Position numbers and translations under genes: made by a program. Under the pieces are notes generated by a model. That model did not search any database. It saw only the letters and a program-made list of their open reading frames with translations, and had not been told where the DNA came from. 36,493 bases of DNA. It comes from Sedimentisphaerales bacterium. Lineage in GTDB: Bacteria > Planctomycetota > Phycisphaerae > Sedimentisphaerales > SM23-30. Location: positions 1 to 36,493 of the forward strand of contig CAXXFK010000039.1 of assembly GCA_963663965.2 (NCBI GenBank), written 5' to 3'. Shown piece after piece: positions 1 through 9,101 of this stretch (position 1 is its first letter; each line of letters starts with the position of its first letter).

Positions 1-66
1 GCACCCAATCGCTGATACCAGCAAGGCGGCAACTACCAGGCATTTTAACACATCCATTTTTTTCAT
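1..66 (-). CDS. 5' end of a putative lipoprotein (runs off the window)
   Basis: Reverse strand reads AAGGAG-N8-ATG (66), giving MKKMDVLKCLVVAALLVSAIGC: basic N-terminus, hydrophobic core and lipobox-like AIG-C. Confidence 0.7.
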   Translation of the reverse strand, partial: MKKMDVLKCLVVAALLVSAIGC

Positions 67-158
67 ATTATGTTCTCCTTAACAGGTAAAAATTTGTCCG
101 ACTGAGTCGGCACCTACGCTGAACCAACAACATATCCTGGTCTGAACCATTTTGAACC

Positions 159-356
159 TCAGATTTCCAGAGGGCGCTTGAAAAACAAAATGACTTCCCG
201 ATGGACATCATGATCAACCTGGGGACTGACTGCCCGGTTCAATTCCCAGCCTTCCGCGCCTAAATCATTCATTTCCCGTTCCAGATCCTTGATCATTTCA
301 CTGCCACCGGATATTCCTTTGGTCTGATGCTTGATTATTTTATATTCCCACTTCAT
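159..356 (-). CDS. DUF4177-family small protein
   Basis: MKWEYKII...LEREMNDLGAEGWEL...ILFFKRP matches the DUF4177 pattern. CAGGAG RBS precedes ATG 356, so this start is preferred over the ORF-track start at 539. Confidence 0.8.
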   Translation of the reverse strand: MKWEYKIIKHQTKGISGGSEMIKDLEREMNDLGAEGWELNRAVSPQVDHDVHREVILFFKRPLEI

Positions 357-691
357 GGCAAGCTCCTGTAAAAATTGATTAACGCTTTCGTATGAAAGCC
401 ATCCAGAAAACAAGGCCATTATAGGGCGACGAGACCTCAAGTTGCAAGTTGTAATTAAGGCTCTCCAGGGAAGTTTAGAGATAGGCCCCATTTTTTTACT
501 GTTTGATTCAAAATTCTGTTTCTGTCCAGTCTCACCCAAATCCCCGAATATCTTTATTTTGAGCCGATAATTGAGGCGGGACCAGTTTCATATAAGCGCT
601 TTTCACTCAAACCGATCATTACGGTTCTATTTATATTAACTGCCGTCACCCTTTATCTGTCCGGATCATCAAAGATTAGCCTGTGGGCGCG

Positions 692-716
692 TAATTAATT
701 GTAAATAAATAGGTTA
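692..716. promoter_or_regulatory. 25-bp palindromic intergenic motif, copy 1
   Basis: TAA TTAA TTG TAAAT AAA TAGG TTA; same spacing as the copies at 10517, 10705, 19330 and 21526. Confidence 0.5.
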
Positions 717-904
717 CAAAGCATTATCCGGCTTCCCATTTCTTTGGGATCAGATATTGGAGTCGAAATCCTATCCCTGATTTGATCATTGAATTTATCT
801 GGCGTTATTCATTTTGGCATTTATTTCTTATTTCCCAATTCATGCCAAACGATATTACTTATGTCTCTAAATATTAATACTTTTTGAGAGAAGGAGAGAT
901 CGTT

Positions 905-1846
905 ATGGCAGAGGGCATTCTACTGGAAGCCGGGACCAATGAGATGGAATTGCTGGTATTCCGTCTGGGTAATACGCCCATGGGAATCAATGTCGCGAAA
1001 GTTCGGGAAATCGTTCAATGTCCGGATAATATTATTAAAATCCCTCATGCACCCTTTGCCGTTGAAGGTTCTTTTAAACTGCGCGATTCGATTATGTCCC
1101 TGGTAAACCTCGGGCAGTATTTCAATATGACCATAAAATACGATACCGGCGATGCGCCCGAGCAGAAAAATCCCGCCATGATTATTGTTGTGGAATTCAA
1201 TGCCATCCAATGCGGTATTCTGGTGGACGCTGTGGAAAGGATTCACCGGCTGAGCTGGGACAACATCCATCGTCCCAGCGATATTCTTATTGATATGAAT
1301 GTCCCGGTAACGGGAACGGTCAATATCGACAACAAGACAGTATTGATTGTCGATTTCGAAACGGTTATCAGTCAGATACTTGGTATTGAAAGCGCGCCGG
1401 AGCCTGAGGATCTGATTGCGAATCCGGTTTGCACAGCGGAACGAAAAGACATAAGGATTCTGTTGGCGGATGACTCGATTGTCATTCGAAGTTCTTTAAT
1501 TAAAATACTCAAAGATGCCGGTTTTGAAAAACTGGTTGTTTGCAGTGATGGTCAACAGGCCTGGGAATATGTCAATACGCATCGTAACGATGAAAATGGG
1601 CCCTGCGATCTGGTCATGACGGATATCGAGATGCCCCGGATGGATGGGTTGCATCTGACCTCACGCATCAAAAAAGATGAGAGCTTGAAGCATATCCCCG
1701 TGGTGTTGTTCTCATCTTTGGTCACCGATGACAATATCAAAAAAGGAAAATCAGTCGGCGCGGACGCACAAGTCAGCAAACCTGACAGCAAAAATATGCT
1801 GAACGCGATTGAGAGTTGCCTGAGTGATCGGCTGGCGCCGGTATAA
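905..1846 (+). CDS. cheV: Chemotaxis protein CheV (CheW + receiver domain)
   Basis: N-terminal ILLEAGTNEMELLVF...GINVAKVREI is the CheV/CheW signature. C-terminal REC domain has LADDS, MTDIEMPRMDG (phospho-Asp) and VSKP. AAGGAGAG RBS precedes ATG 905. Confidence 0.92.
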   Translation: MAEGILLEAGTNEMELLVFRLGNTPMGINVAKVREIVQCPDNIIKIPHAPFAVEGSFKLRDSIMSLVNLGQYFNMTIKYDTGDAPEQKNPAMIIVVEFNAIQCGILVDAVERIHRLSWDNIHRPSDILIDMNVPVTGTVNIDNKTVLIVDFETVISQILGIESAPEPEDLIANPVCTAERKDIRILLADDSIVIRSSLIKILKDAGFEKLVVCSDGQQAWEYVNTHRNDENGPCDLVMTDIEMPRMDGLHLTSRIKKDESLKHIPVVLFSSLVTDDNIKKGKSVGADAQVSKPDSKNMLNAIESCLSDRLAPV

Positions 1847-1882
1847 GATCTAATGCGGTTAAAAGCATGTTTTCTGTTCCAT

Positions 1883-1913
1883 AAGCGGCTTTCAGGTGAG
1901 AGCCGCTTTTTTA
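1883..1913 (+). terminator. Intrinsic terminator after cheV
   Basis: Stem AAGCGGCTTTC / GAGAGCCGCTT (one G-U pair) followed by a T run. Confidence 0.8.
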
Positions 1914-1935
1914 TTTGACCCTTTGAGTCGCCATA

Positions 1936-1978
1936 GAAATAACAATCCCGGAGAGTCTGTGTTTTTACTCCCCGGGAT
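1936..1978 (-). terminator. Probable terminator of the hydroxyproline operon
   Basis: ATCCCGGAGAGT...ACTCCCCGGGAT hairpin (1945-1978), followed on the minus strand by TGTTATTTC; lies downstream of the dapA-family stop. Confidence 0.5.
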
Positions 1979-2095
1979 ATGAAAGGGTAACCGGCAGCGC
2001 CGATACTTGATGTTGCACTGCCGTATTGGGTCTAAGTTAAGAGGGGATGCTCGTTTGTGCTGGTTTGAATTTGCAAGGGATTGGAAAATTAATGA

Positions 2096-3001
2096 TCAAT
2101 CCATTTCATATTTTTTGACCGTTTCCAGCATGGCGGTTAATTGCCTGATTTCGTCCGGGGATGCCGGATTGAGCGGTTGACGCGGGCCGCCGACGGGTCG
2201 TCCCATCGCCGTGCAGCCCGCTTTGACGAGTTGAGTATACTTGCCGCTGTTTTCAATGGCCTGCAAAACCGGCAGCAATTGATAATAAAAATCCAGCGCT
2301 GCCGGGATATCCTGTTTAGTTACGGTCAGATCATACAGTTTAACATGGCAGCGAGGGATCACATTAACAATACCACCTACCCAACCGGCTGCTCCCAGCA
2401 CAAAACTTTCCAGCGCGACCGAATCGCAACCACAAAAGACCTTAAGCCGGTCGCCGCAACGGCGGATTAACTCGCTGATCCGGGTAATATCGCCGGTACT
2501 TTCCTTGACGTAGCGGATATTCCTGAGCGCCGTCAATCGCTCAATGAATTCCGGGGTCATATCCACGCCGGTCCGGCCGGGATAATTATAAAGCATAACA
2601 GGAATATCAATGGCGCCGTCAATCGCCTTGAAATGCTCGTATAATTCATCCGGTGTCGGCAGGGAATAATAGGGTGGGGCCAGCAACAGGCCGGCGGCGC
2701 CCTGCTTTTCGGCAGCGATGGAATACTCGATAACTTCCCTCGTGGAACCTCCATTGGTACCCACCAGCACGGGAACACGGCCATTGACAGCCCTAAGCGT
2801 TTCGGCAACCACCTGAAGACGTTCCTGCGAATTCAGGGCGTAATACTCTCCGGTGCTGCCCAGCGGGATGATTCCATGGACACCGCTGTTGACCAGATAA
2901 TCGGCGTATGCGGCGACACCGGGGTAATCAACATTCTGTCCGGCATCCATCGGGGTAACCATCGCGGCGTAAACACCGGCAAACGTTTGTGCGTTATCCA
3001 T
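2096..3001 (-). CDS. DapA/DHDPS-family class I aldolase; in context probably 1-pyrroline-4-hydroxy-2-carboxylate deaminase (LhpC/HypD role)
   Basis: GSTGE, LYNYPGRTG and Schiff-base Lys in YVKES. It is the last gene of an operon that starts with a hydroxyproline epimerase. Family call is firm; the substrate is inferred. Confidence 0.85.
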   Translation of the reverse strand: MDNAQTFAGVYAAMVTPMDAGQNVDYPGVAAYADYLVNSGVHGIIPLGSTGEYYALNSQERLQVVAETLRAVNGRVPVLVGTNGGSTREVIEYSIAAEKQGAAGLLLAPPYYSLPTPDELYEHFKAIDGAIDIPVMLYNYPGRTGVDMTPEFIERLTALRNIRYVKESTGDITRISELIRRCGDRLKVFCGCDSVALESFVLGAAGWVGGIVNVIPRCHVKLYDLTVTKQDIPAALDFYYQLLPVLQAIENSGKYTQLVKAGCTAMGRPVGGPRQPLNPASPDEIRQLTAMLETVKKYEMD

Positions 3002-3037
3002 GCAAAATCCTTATTCAGAGAAATCTATGCAAATAAA

Positions 3038-4537
3038 CTAACCTAACTGCATCCAGATTGTTTTAATTTGGGTATAGTTATCATGAGCCAGTACCGATTT
3101 ATCGCGGCCGATAAAGCCTGATTCCTTGTAACCGCCAAACGGCGCGGTCATGTCTCCCTCGGAGAAGCAGTTGACAGAGACGGTGCCGGCTTTAATCGCA
3201 CGCGCCACTCGATGGGCCGTGTTCAGATCGGAAGTATAAAGGGATGAGGCCAGACCATAGTTGGTTTGATTGGCCAGTTGAATGGCCTCGGCTTCGGTTT
3301 TAAATGTGATAACACTCAGGACCGGCCCGAAAATTTCTTCCCGGGAAATTTTTTTGTCGTTCGTTACCCCATCAAAGATGGTCGGTTCTACAAAATAACC
3401 CCCGGTTTCTGGCAGAATACGATGGCCGCCCATGACGATCTGACAGCCTTCGGCTTTACCGGATTCGATATAGCCGAGTACTTTTTCCATATGTGGTTTT
3501 TCGATCATGGAGCCCACCCGAACGGTGGGATCCAGTGGATCACCCACCGGCCAGGTTTGAGTGAAGGCAATGATCTTTTCCACCAGTTTATCTTTGAGCG
3601 ATTCGTGAACGATCAATCTCGATCCGCAACTGCAATTTTCGCCCATGTTCCAGAACGCCGCATTGACCGCGTTTTCCGTGACCTGATCCAGATCCGGTGC
3701 GTCAGCCATAACAATTTGAGGACTTTTGCCGCCGCACTCCAGAATAATCCGCTTCAGGTTGGATCTGGCGGAATATTCCAGGAAATAGCGTCCAACCTCA
3801 GTGGAACCGGTAAAGGCCACCATATCGATATCAGGATGCAGGCCGATGGCCTGGCCGGCGCTTTCGCCCAGTCCCGGCAGGACATTGAAGATGCCATCGG
3901 GAATACCGGCCTGACTGGCCAGTTCCGCCAGCCGGATCGCGCTGAGTGATGTGAGTTCTGCCGGTTTTAAGATAACACTGTTACCGGTCGCCAGGGCCGG
4001 ACCGATTTTCCAGGCTGCCATCAGCGCTGGAAAATTCCAGGGAATAACCGCGCCGACAATGCCTATTGGTTCTCGAACGATCAGACTCAGATTACCTGGT
4101 CCGGTTGGAGAAATTTTATCGAAAAGTTTATCGATCGCCTCGGCATGCCACCGAATACAGCCGGCAGTTTCGGGTATATCGATGGAACTGCAATCCTGAA
4201 CCGGCTTTCCGGCCTCCAGACAATCCAGCAAGACCAGTTCATCCGCGTTGGTATCGATCAAATCGGCAAATCGATAAAGGATTTTCTTGCGTTCGGCAGG
4301 ATGCATACGCGACCAGGCACCTTGGTCAAACGCACGGCGCGCGGCCTTAACCGCACGTTCCACATCCTCCGCACCGCAGGCGGCTATCTCTGCCAGCAAC
4401 TTACCGGTGGCAGGGTTTTCCGTACTAAAGGTCTGGCCATCCGCCGCATCAACATACCGGCCATCGATGAACGCTTGTGTTTTTAGTGACAGCTTATCGA
4501 GCGCTGCCTGGATTTCCTGTGTGGTAGTTAAGCTCAT
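3038..4537 (-). CDS. NAD(P)-dependent aldehyde dehydrogenase (PuuC-like); in context a candidate alpha-ketoglutaric semialdehyde dehydrogenase
   Basis: IPWNFP, FTGSTEVG, LECGGKSP (catalytic Glu), GENCSCGSR (catalytic Cys), EEIFGP, PFGGYKESG. Confidence 0.9.
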   Translation of the reverse strand: MSLTTTQEIQAALDKLSLKTQAFIDGRYVDAADGQTFSTENPATGKLLAEIAACGAEDVERAVKAARRAFDQGAWSRMHPAERKKILYRFADLIDTNADELVLLDCLEAGKPVQDCSSIDIPETAGCIRWHAEAIDKLFDKISPTGPGNLSLIVREPIGIVGAVIPWNFPALMAAWKIGPALATGNSVILKPAELTSLSAIRLAELASQAGIPDGIFNVLPGLGESAGQAIGLHPDIDMVAFTGSTEVGRYFLEYSARSNLKRIILECGGKSPQIVMADAPDLDQVTENAVNAAFWNMGENCSCGSRLIVHESLKDKLVEKIIAFTQTWPVGDPLDPTVRVGSMIEKPHMEKVLGYIESGKAEGCQIVMGGHRILPETGGYFVEPTIFDGVTNDKKISREEIFGPVLSVITFKTEAEAIQLANQTNYGLASSLYTSDLNTAHRVARAIKAGTVSVNCFSEGDMTAPFGGYKESGFIGRDKSVLAHDNYTQIKTIWMQLG

Positions 4538-4566
4538 AATGATCCTTTCTTTTTTTCCGATGATTA

Positions 4567-5847
4567 TTACGATACGTTCTCATAGGCCGTATCGAACCGC
4601 ATGCTTTCCAGAGATACGGGAAACAGCGGTGAGCGCAATGACTGATTCTCCCAGCCATACAGTATTTCCATAATAGTCCCGCAAGTCCGCCCCTGACACG
4701 CCCCCATCCCACAGCGAGTCTGTAATTTGGCGCTGCGCCAGTCATTAAATGTCAGTAAATCGCCCAGTCGAATATCTTCGCAGCGGCAAATTATCGTATC
4801 ACTTGTGGTGATCGTTTTAAGGGCCTCCCTCAGTTTGAATGACTCCGCCAGCTTTTGCGCGAAGGCCTGGTAGCGGTCACGTTTAAGATACCAAACTTCC
4901 GCCGATTCTTTTAAACCGGCAGCGCCATAAGCCGCGATTTTTCCTTCAATCAAAGCCTTCTCCACACCACCGATCCCGGTCAATTCCCCAGCGGCGTAGA
5001 TATCCTCCTCGCTGGTCTGTTGCAAATCGTTGACTCTGACCAATCCCGCTTCAACCTTACAGCCCAGTTTTTTGGGAATCTCTAACATCGGAGTCAGACC
5101 AAAGCCGCAGGCCAGATAATCACAGGGTACTTTCCAGATTTTATTGCCACGTTTGAACGCGACACTTTTCAATACTTCATCGCCATTGGCCCTAATCGGG
5201 TAACATCCGGTCAGATAGGGTACCCCCAGAAGTTTGCCTTGATATTCAACCGCCTGAATCAACTTGCCCGGACTCAACCAGGGTAAAGACATGCCAAACT
5301 GCATCAATTTTAAGAGGCTGCTTTGTTCCGCGATTAACACGACTTTAGCGCCGGCCGCACGCAGTTCTGCTGCGACGGCAAACAACAGCGGTCCGCTTCC
5401 GGCTACGGCGATTCGTTTTCCACTCACCGGCCAGCCGGTTTTGACCAATGCCTGTAACGCGCCGGCGCCATAGACATTCGGCAGGGTCCAGCCAGGAAAT
5501 GGGATAAATACTTCCCGTGATCCCAGGGCTAGAATCAACTTCTGATAACGAATCTCGACAGATCCTTCATGATTCTCCGCCAGAATAACCCCGGGTTCCG
5601 GACAATCATACACCGTGGTATTCAGGTGCTGTGACACCCGGGACTGCTCCAGTCGATGAAACCATTTTCTTGCCAGAGGGGATTGTGCTTTGAGGCTGCC
5701 ACCCCGCCAGATCTGTCCGCCCGGCCAGGGCAATAGATCGATAACCGCAGTCGATAATTCTGACTGATCGGCCTTGACAGAAGCGGCAATGCCGGCCGGA
5801 CCGGCGCCTATCACAACACAATCATACATAAAAAAGCGCCTACTCAT
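4567..5847 (-). CDS. FAD/NAD(P)-binding oxidoreductase with C-terminal BFD-like [2Fe-2S] domain (HcnB/OoxA-like; D-hydroxyproline dehydrogenase alpha subunit)
   Basis: VIGAGPAG, PFPGWTLP, AGSGPLL, IICRCED, TRCGMGACQGRTCG. Start at 5847 overlaps the upstream gene's end; 5829 is an alternative start. Confidence 0.85.
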   Translation of the reverse strand: MSRRFFMYDCVVIGAGPAGIAASVKADQSELSTAVIDLLPWPGGQIWRGGSLKAQSPLARKWFHRLEQSRVSQHLNTTVYDCPEPGVILAENHEGSVEIRYQKLILALGSREVFIPFPGWTLPNVYGAGALQALVKTGWPVSGKRIAVAGSGPLLFAVAAELRAAGAKVVLIAEQSSLLKLMQFGMSLPWLSPGKLIQAVEYQGKLLGVPYLTGCYPIRANGDEVLKSVAFKRGNKIWKVPCDYLACGFGLTPMLEIPKKLGCKVEAGLVRVNDLQQTSEEDIYAAGELTGIGGVEKALIEGKIAAYGAAGLKESAEVWYLKRDRYQAFAQKLAESFKLREALKTITTSDTIICRCEDIRLGDLLTFNDWRSAKLQTRCGMGACQGRTCGTIMEILYGWENQSLRSPLFPVSLESMRFDTAYENVS

Positions 5848-6088
5848 CCGTTTGCACCTCCATCCCATGCTCACAAAGGGTATGGCAACTTTTACAGTGC
5901 GGCCGTCCGTTTATTGTCACTCGACATTCATAACAGACGCCCATGCCGCACAGCGGAGCCCGCGGCTGACCCGAAACCGAACTCCGGAACCGGCGAATCC
6001 CCAGATCCGCCAGCGCCTTCGCCAGCACCGTACCCGCTGCTACCTCGACCGATTGGCCATTAACCTTTATAATCAATGATTTATCCAT
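5840..6088 (-). CDS. Small [2Fe-2S] subunit (HcnA/OoxA-associated type; D-hydroxyproline dehydrogenase gamma subunit)
   Basis: PRAPLCGMGVCYECRVTING...SC..LCEHGMEV ferredoxin motif; overlaps both neighbours. Confidence 0.88.
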   Translation of the reverse strand: MDKSLIIKVNGQSVEVAAGTVLAKALADLGIRRFRSSVSGQPRAPLCGMGVCYECRVTINGRPHCKSCHTLCEHGMEVQTDE

Positions 6089-7211
6089 GCGTTAAACCCA
6101 CCCTCATAAATCGCATCGGACTGAATGGTTCGATGTTGATTTCAGGCTGTTGTCCCAGGATCATATCCCGAATAATCCGCCCGGTTCCCAACGCTGTAGT
6201 AATTCCCAGCCCTTCATGGCCGGTTGCCAGCCAGACCGCTTCATGGCCGGGATCGGGTCCAATGACCGGCAGCTTATCCGGCGTGGCCGGTCGAAAACCC
6301 GTCCAGCCACGAATCGCTTTGGCTGACCGCAAATCCGGTATATATTCAAACGCGCGATCCAGCATCCGCGTCAGTATGCGATAATCGATTCCATGATCCT
6401 CTGTATCAAACTGCCTCGATGAACCTATCAGCATCTGACCAGTCTTGCGCGGCTGGATATTGAATGCCACCGAATCGGCTGTCATACTGTGAGCGCTTTT
6501 CAGATAACCCAGTTCTACTAATTGATGATTGACGAAATTCGGATATCGTTCTGTAACAACCAGATGGCCTTTTCGCCGGCGGACTGGCAACTCAGGACTT
6601 AAATAAGGTGAAAAACATCCCGCGGCAATAATGATACGGTCGGCGGATACTTTCTGGCCATCCGCCAGCAAAACGCCTCCATCCGGGATAATGGCTGACA
6701 CTTCAATCCCGGTCCGTATCTCTGTTTGATATTGTTTGGCCTGATTGAGCAGGTAATAAGTTGCTGCCGGAGGATAAAGAACCGAATCACTCTGAACCAG
6801 CAGGCCTCCCGCCAGTCCCGGTCTTAAATGAGGTTCTGCCTGATATAACGTGTTCTCGTCCAATATTTCGACGGTTAACCCCACTTTTTTATAGACCTGA
6901 AATTTTCGATGAACCTCCTGCATTTCTTCCGAATCCGCGGCGATCCAGATCGTTCCGCACTGCCACATCTCTACCGAATTGGGTAAGTCACCGGCGATGT
7001 CATGCCATAACTGCTGGGAATATCGACTGAGCGCCAACTGGGCTTCACAATCATCCAGTACGACGATATGTCCCATTCCCGCGGCAGTTGTACCACCGCC
7101 AATCTCAGCGCGATCCAGTACCAGCACGGTCATGCCCGCCCGGGTAAGTTCCAGGGCGCAACTGGCTCCGACAATTCCGGCTCCCACCACAATCGTATCA
7201 AAAGAATCCAT
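6081..7211 (-). CDS. FAD-dependent D-amino acid oxidase-family subunit (HcnC/DadA-like; D-hydroxyproline dehydrogenase beta subunit)
   Basis: IVVGAGIVG, GTTAAGMGH, WTGFRPATPDKLPVIG, ATGHEGLGIT. ATG at 7211 forms a TGATG overlap with the epimerase stop. Confidence 0.88.
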   Translation of the reverse strand: MDSFDTIVVGAGIVGASCALELTRAGMTVLVLDRAEIGGGTTAAGMGHIVVLDDCEAQLALSRYSQQLWHDIAGDLPNSVEMWQCGTIWIAADSEEMQEVHRKFQVYKKVGLTVEILDENTLYQAEPHLRPGLAGGLLVQSDSVLYPPAATYYLLNQAKQYQTEIRTGIEVSAIIPDGGVLLADGQKVSADRIIIAAGCFSPYLSPELPVRRRKGHLVVTERYPNFVNHQLVELGYLKSAHSMTADSVAFNIQPRKTGQMLIGSSRQFDTEDHGIDYRILTRMLDRAFEYIPDLRSAKAIRGWTGFRPATPDKLPVIGPDPGHEAVWLATGHEGLGITTALGTGRIIRDMILGQQPEINIEPFSPMRFMRVGLTHG

Positions 7212-8152
7212 CACACACGAATTCCCCAACAGAACGGATCTTTCTTATCCAGCATCAAGGTTGTTTCCGCGCTAATATAAGCAGAACCGGTAACAAACGG
7301 GATAATCTGATCCCGATCCCGTTTAAAACTCCCCTTAAAAATACTGCCGATAATGCTCTCCTGCAGCCACTCATCACCTTCCGCCAGTTTGCCATCGGCT
7401 GCCAGACAGGCCAGTTTCGCGCTGGTGCCGGTACCACAGGGTGAACGGTCATAGGCGCGGCCGGGACACAGAACAAAATTTTTACTGTCCGCGCCCGGCA
7501 TAGTCGGTGGGCCAAACAATTCAATATGATCGACTTCTGGATACCCGGCAGCATTGACCGCCTGTCGTACCCGCCAGGCATAGTCGGTTAAGGCGTCAAT
7601 ATTATCCTGTCGAATGGCCAGTGAATCACATTCGCTCAGGAAAAACCAGTTGCCACCCCAGGCTACATCCCCAGTGACGGTTCCGATATTGGCAACGGTG
7701 ATTTCCAGATCTTTTTTAATTCGGTAACTGGGGACATTTTGAATCGATACTTCTCCATTTTCATGCAGGGTGGCCTTGACAATGCCAACCGGGGTTTCAA
7801 TCAGATGGACTCCGGCATCAATACGGCCCAGATGAAATAACGTCGTAATCAATCCGATCGTCCCATGCCCGCACATTCCCAGATACCCTACATTATTAAA
7901 GAAGATCACTCCTGCTGTGCAGGTTGGATCGGTTGGTTCTACCAGAAGCGCACCCACCATAACATCCGATCCTCGGGGTTCTTCAATAATAGCAGCGCGC
8001 ATCGCATCGAAATGTTGTCGGAATAAATCCCGTCGTTCGCTTAAAGGCCCTCTGCCCAGATCCGGCCCGCCGGTGACGACTACCCGGGTCGGTTCACCGC
8101 CGGTATGAGAATCCACTACGGATATTCGCCGGCATGTTGACATTTTTGTCAT
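7211..8152 (-). CDS. 4-hydroxyproline 2-epimerase (proline racemase family)
   Basis: DSHTGGEPTR, two catalytic Cys motifs GMCGHG and DRSPCGTGTSA. EPRGSDVMVGA and FVLCPG are typical of 4-Hyp epimerases rather than proline racemases. GGAGA RBS precedes ATG 8152. Confidence 0.88.
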   Translation of the reverse strand: MTKMSTCRRISVVDSHTGGEPTRVVVTGGPDLGRGPLSERRDLFRQHFDAMRAAIIEEPRGSDVMVGALLVEPTDPTCTAGVIFFNNVGYLGMCGHGTIGLITTLFHLGRIDAGVHLIETPVGIVKATLHENGEVSIQNVPSYRIKKDLEITVANIGTVTGDVAWGGNWFFLSECDSLAIRQDNIDALTDYAWRVRQAVNAAGYPEVDHIELFGPPTMPGADSKNFVLCPGRAYDRSPCGTGTSAKLACLAADGKLAEGDEWLQESIIGSIFKGSFKRDRDQIIPFVTGSAYISAETTLMLDKKDPFCWGIRV

Positions 8153-8299
8153 ACAATCTTTCTCCAAAGCCAAACAGCAAAAAAATCATGCAATCGTCGT
8201 TGTGTTCATAGCACTAATTAATATAATGAATCCCAAACCGTTTTTTTTCTTGTGACTTATATGAGCAAAACCTGAATTTTTGGCATAAAACCATAAAAA

Positions 8300-9067
8300 A
8301 TGATAACTTCTGCCATTCAACGCGAGTTTTTTTCGCAATTGATCGAATCTTTTACGGGTGAAACCCTCTTTGATTACCTGACCGACACCCTGTTTTTTAT
8401 TAAAAATATCCGTGGCCAGTATATCGTCATCAATCAGGCACTGGTCGAACGATGTGGTTATGAGAGTAAGGATGACATTATTGGCAAGACCTCCGAAGAG
8501 GTATATCCGGAACCCCTGGGCCGGGAATATCTCTTACAGGATATCGAAATTATTAATAAAGGTAAACCCATCCTTAATCAGTTGGAATTGCATTTATTTC
8601 CATCCCATGTGACCGGCTGGTGTATTACCAATAAGGTCCCATTGCATGGCAAGGATGGTTCGGTTATCGGACTGGCCGGTCTCACCCAGGATCTCTATAC
8701 TCCCGGTAAGAAAACCCGCCAGCTCAGCCAGATTGCCAGAGCCGTTAACTATATCAAAGATCATTACGCCAAGGCACTCAAAGTGGATGACATTGCCGAA
8801 CTGGCCGGGCTATCCACCTATCAGTTCGAACAGCGGATACAATCCATTTTCCACCTGACCGCCGGCCAGTTTATTCAAAAAACCCGGATGGACGCTGCGA
8901 TCTGGAAACTGAGCCAAACCGATGAGCCACTGGCTCATATCGCTTTAAGTTGCGGCTATGCCGATCAAAGCGCGTTTTCACGGCAATTCAAAATGGCCGT
9001 GGGGATCTCTCCGGCCCAGTATCGCAAAATGGTCAAAAAACGGATTACTGATCGCGTAGAACCTTGA
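8300..9067 (+). CDS. AraC-family regulator with N-terminal PAS-like domain (LhpR-like), divergent from the hydroxyproline operon
   Basis: FFIKN..GQY..INQALVERCG...IIGKT..EVYP PAS fold; C-terminal HTH IALSCGYADQSAFSRQFK...GISPAQYR. Confidence 0.9.
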   Translation: MITSAIQREFFSQLIESFTGETLFDYLTDTLFFIKNIRGQYIVINQALVERCGYESKDDIIGKTSEEVYPEPLGREYLLQDIEIINKGKPILNQLELHLFPSHVTGWCITNKVPLHGKDGSVIGLAGLTQDLYTPGKKTRQLSQIARAVNYIKDHYAKALKVDDIAELAGLSTYQFEQRIQSIFHLTAGQFIQKTRMDAAIWKLSQTDEPLAHIALSCGYADQSAFSRQFKMAVGISPAQYRKMVKKRITDRVEP

Positions 9068-9101
9068 TTCGAAAACAGGATATTTATTTCAGGAGTAAAC
9101 C

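Noticed and set aside
357..539. N-terminal extensions in the ORF track (DUF4177 from 539; also cheV 884, epimerase 8173, GH2 21649)
   Set aside because: Downstream ATGs have clear RBSs and coincide with domain or signal-peptide starts.
2096..3001. Lysine-biosynthetic dapA
   Set aside because: It lies in a catabolic operon with no dapB/asd nearby, so only a family-level call was made and no symbol given.
4567..7211. Hydrogen cyanide synthase hcnABC
   Set aside because: The three subunits are homologous to HcnABC, but coupling to a 4-Hyp epimerase, ALDH and DapA-family gene fits D-hydroxyproline dehydrogenase better.
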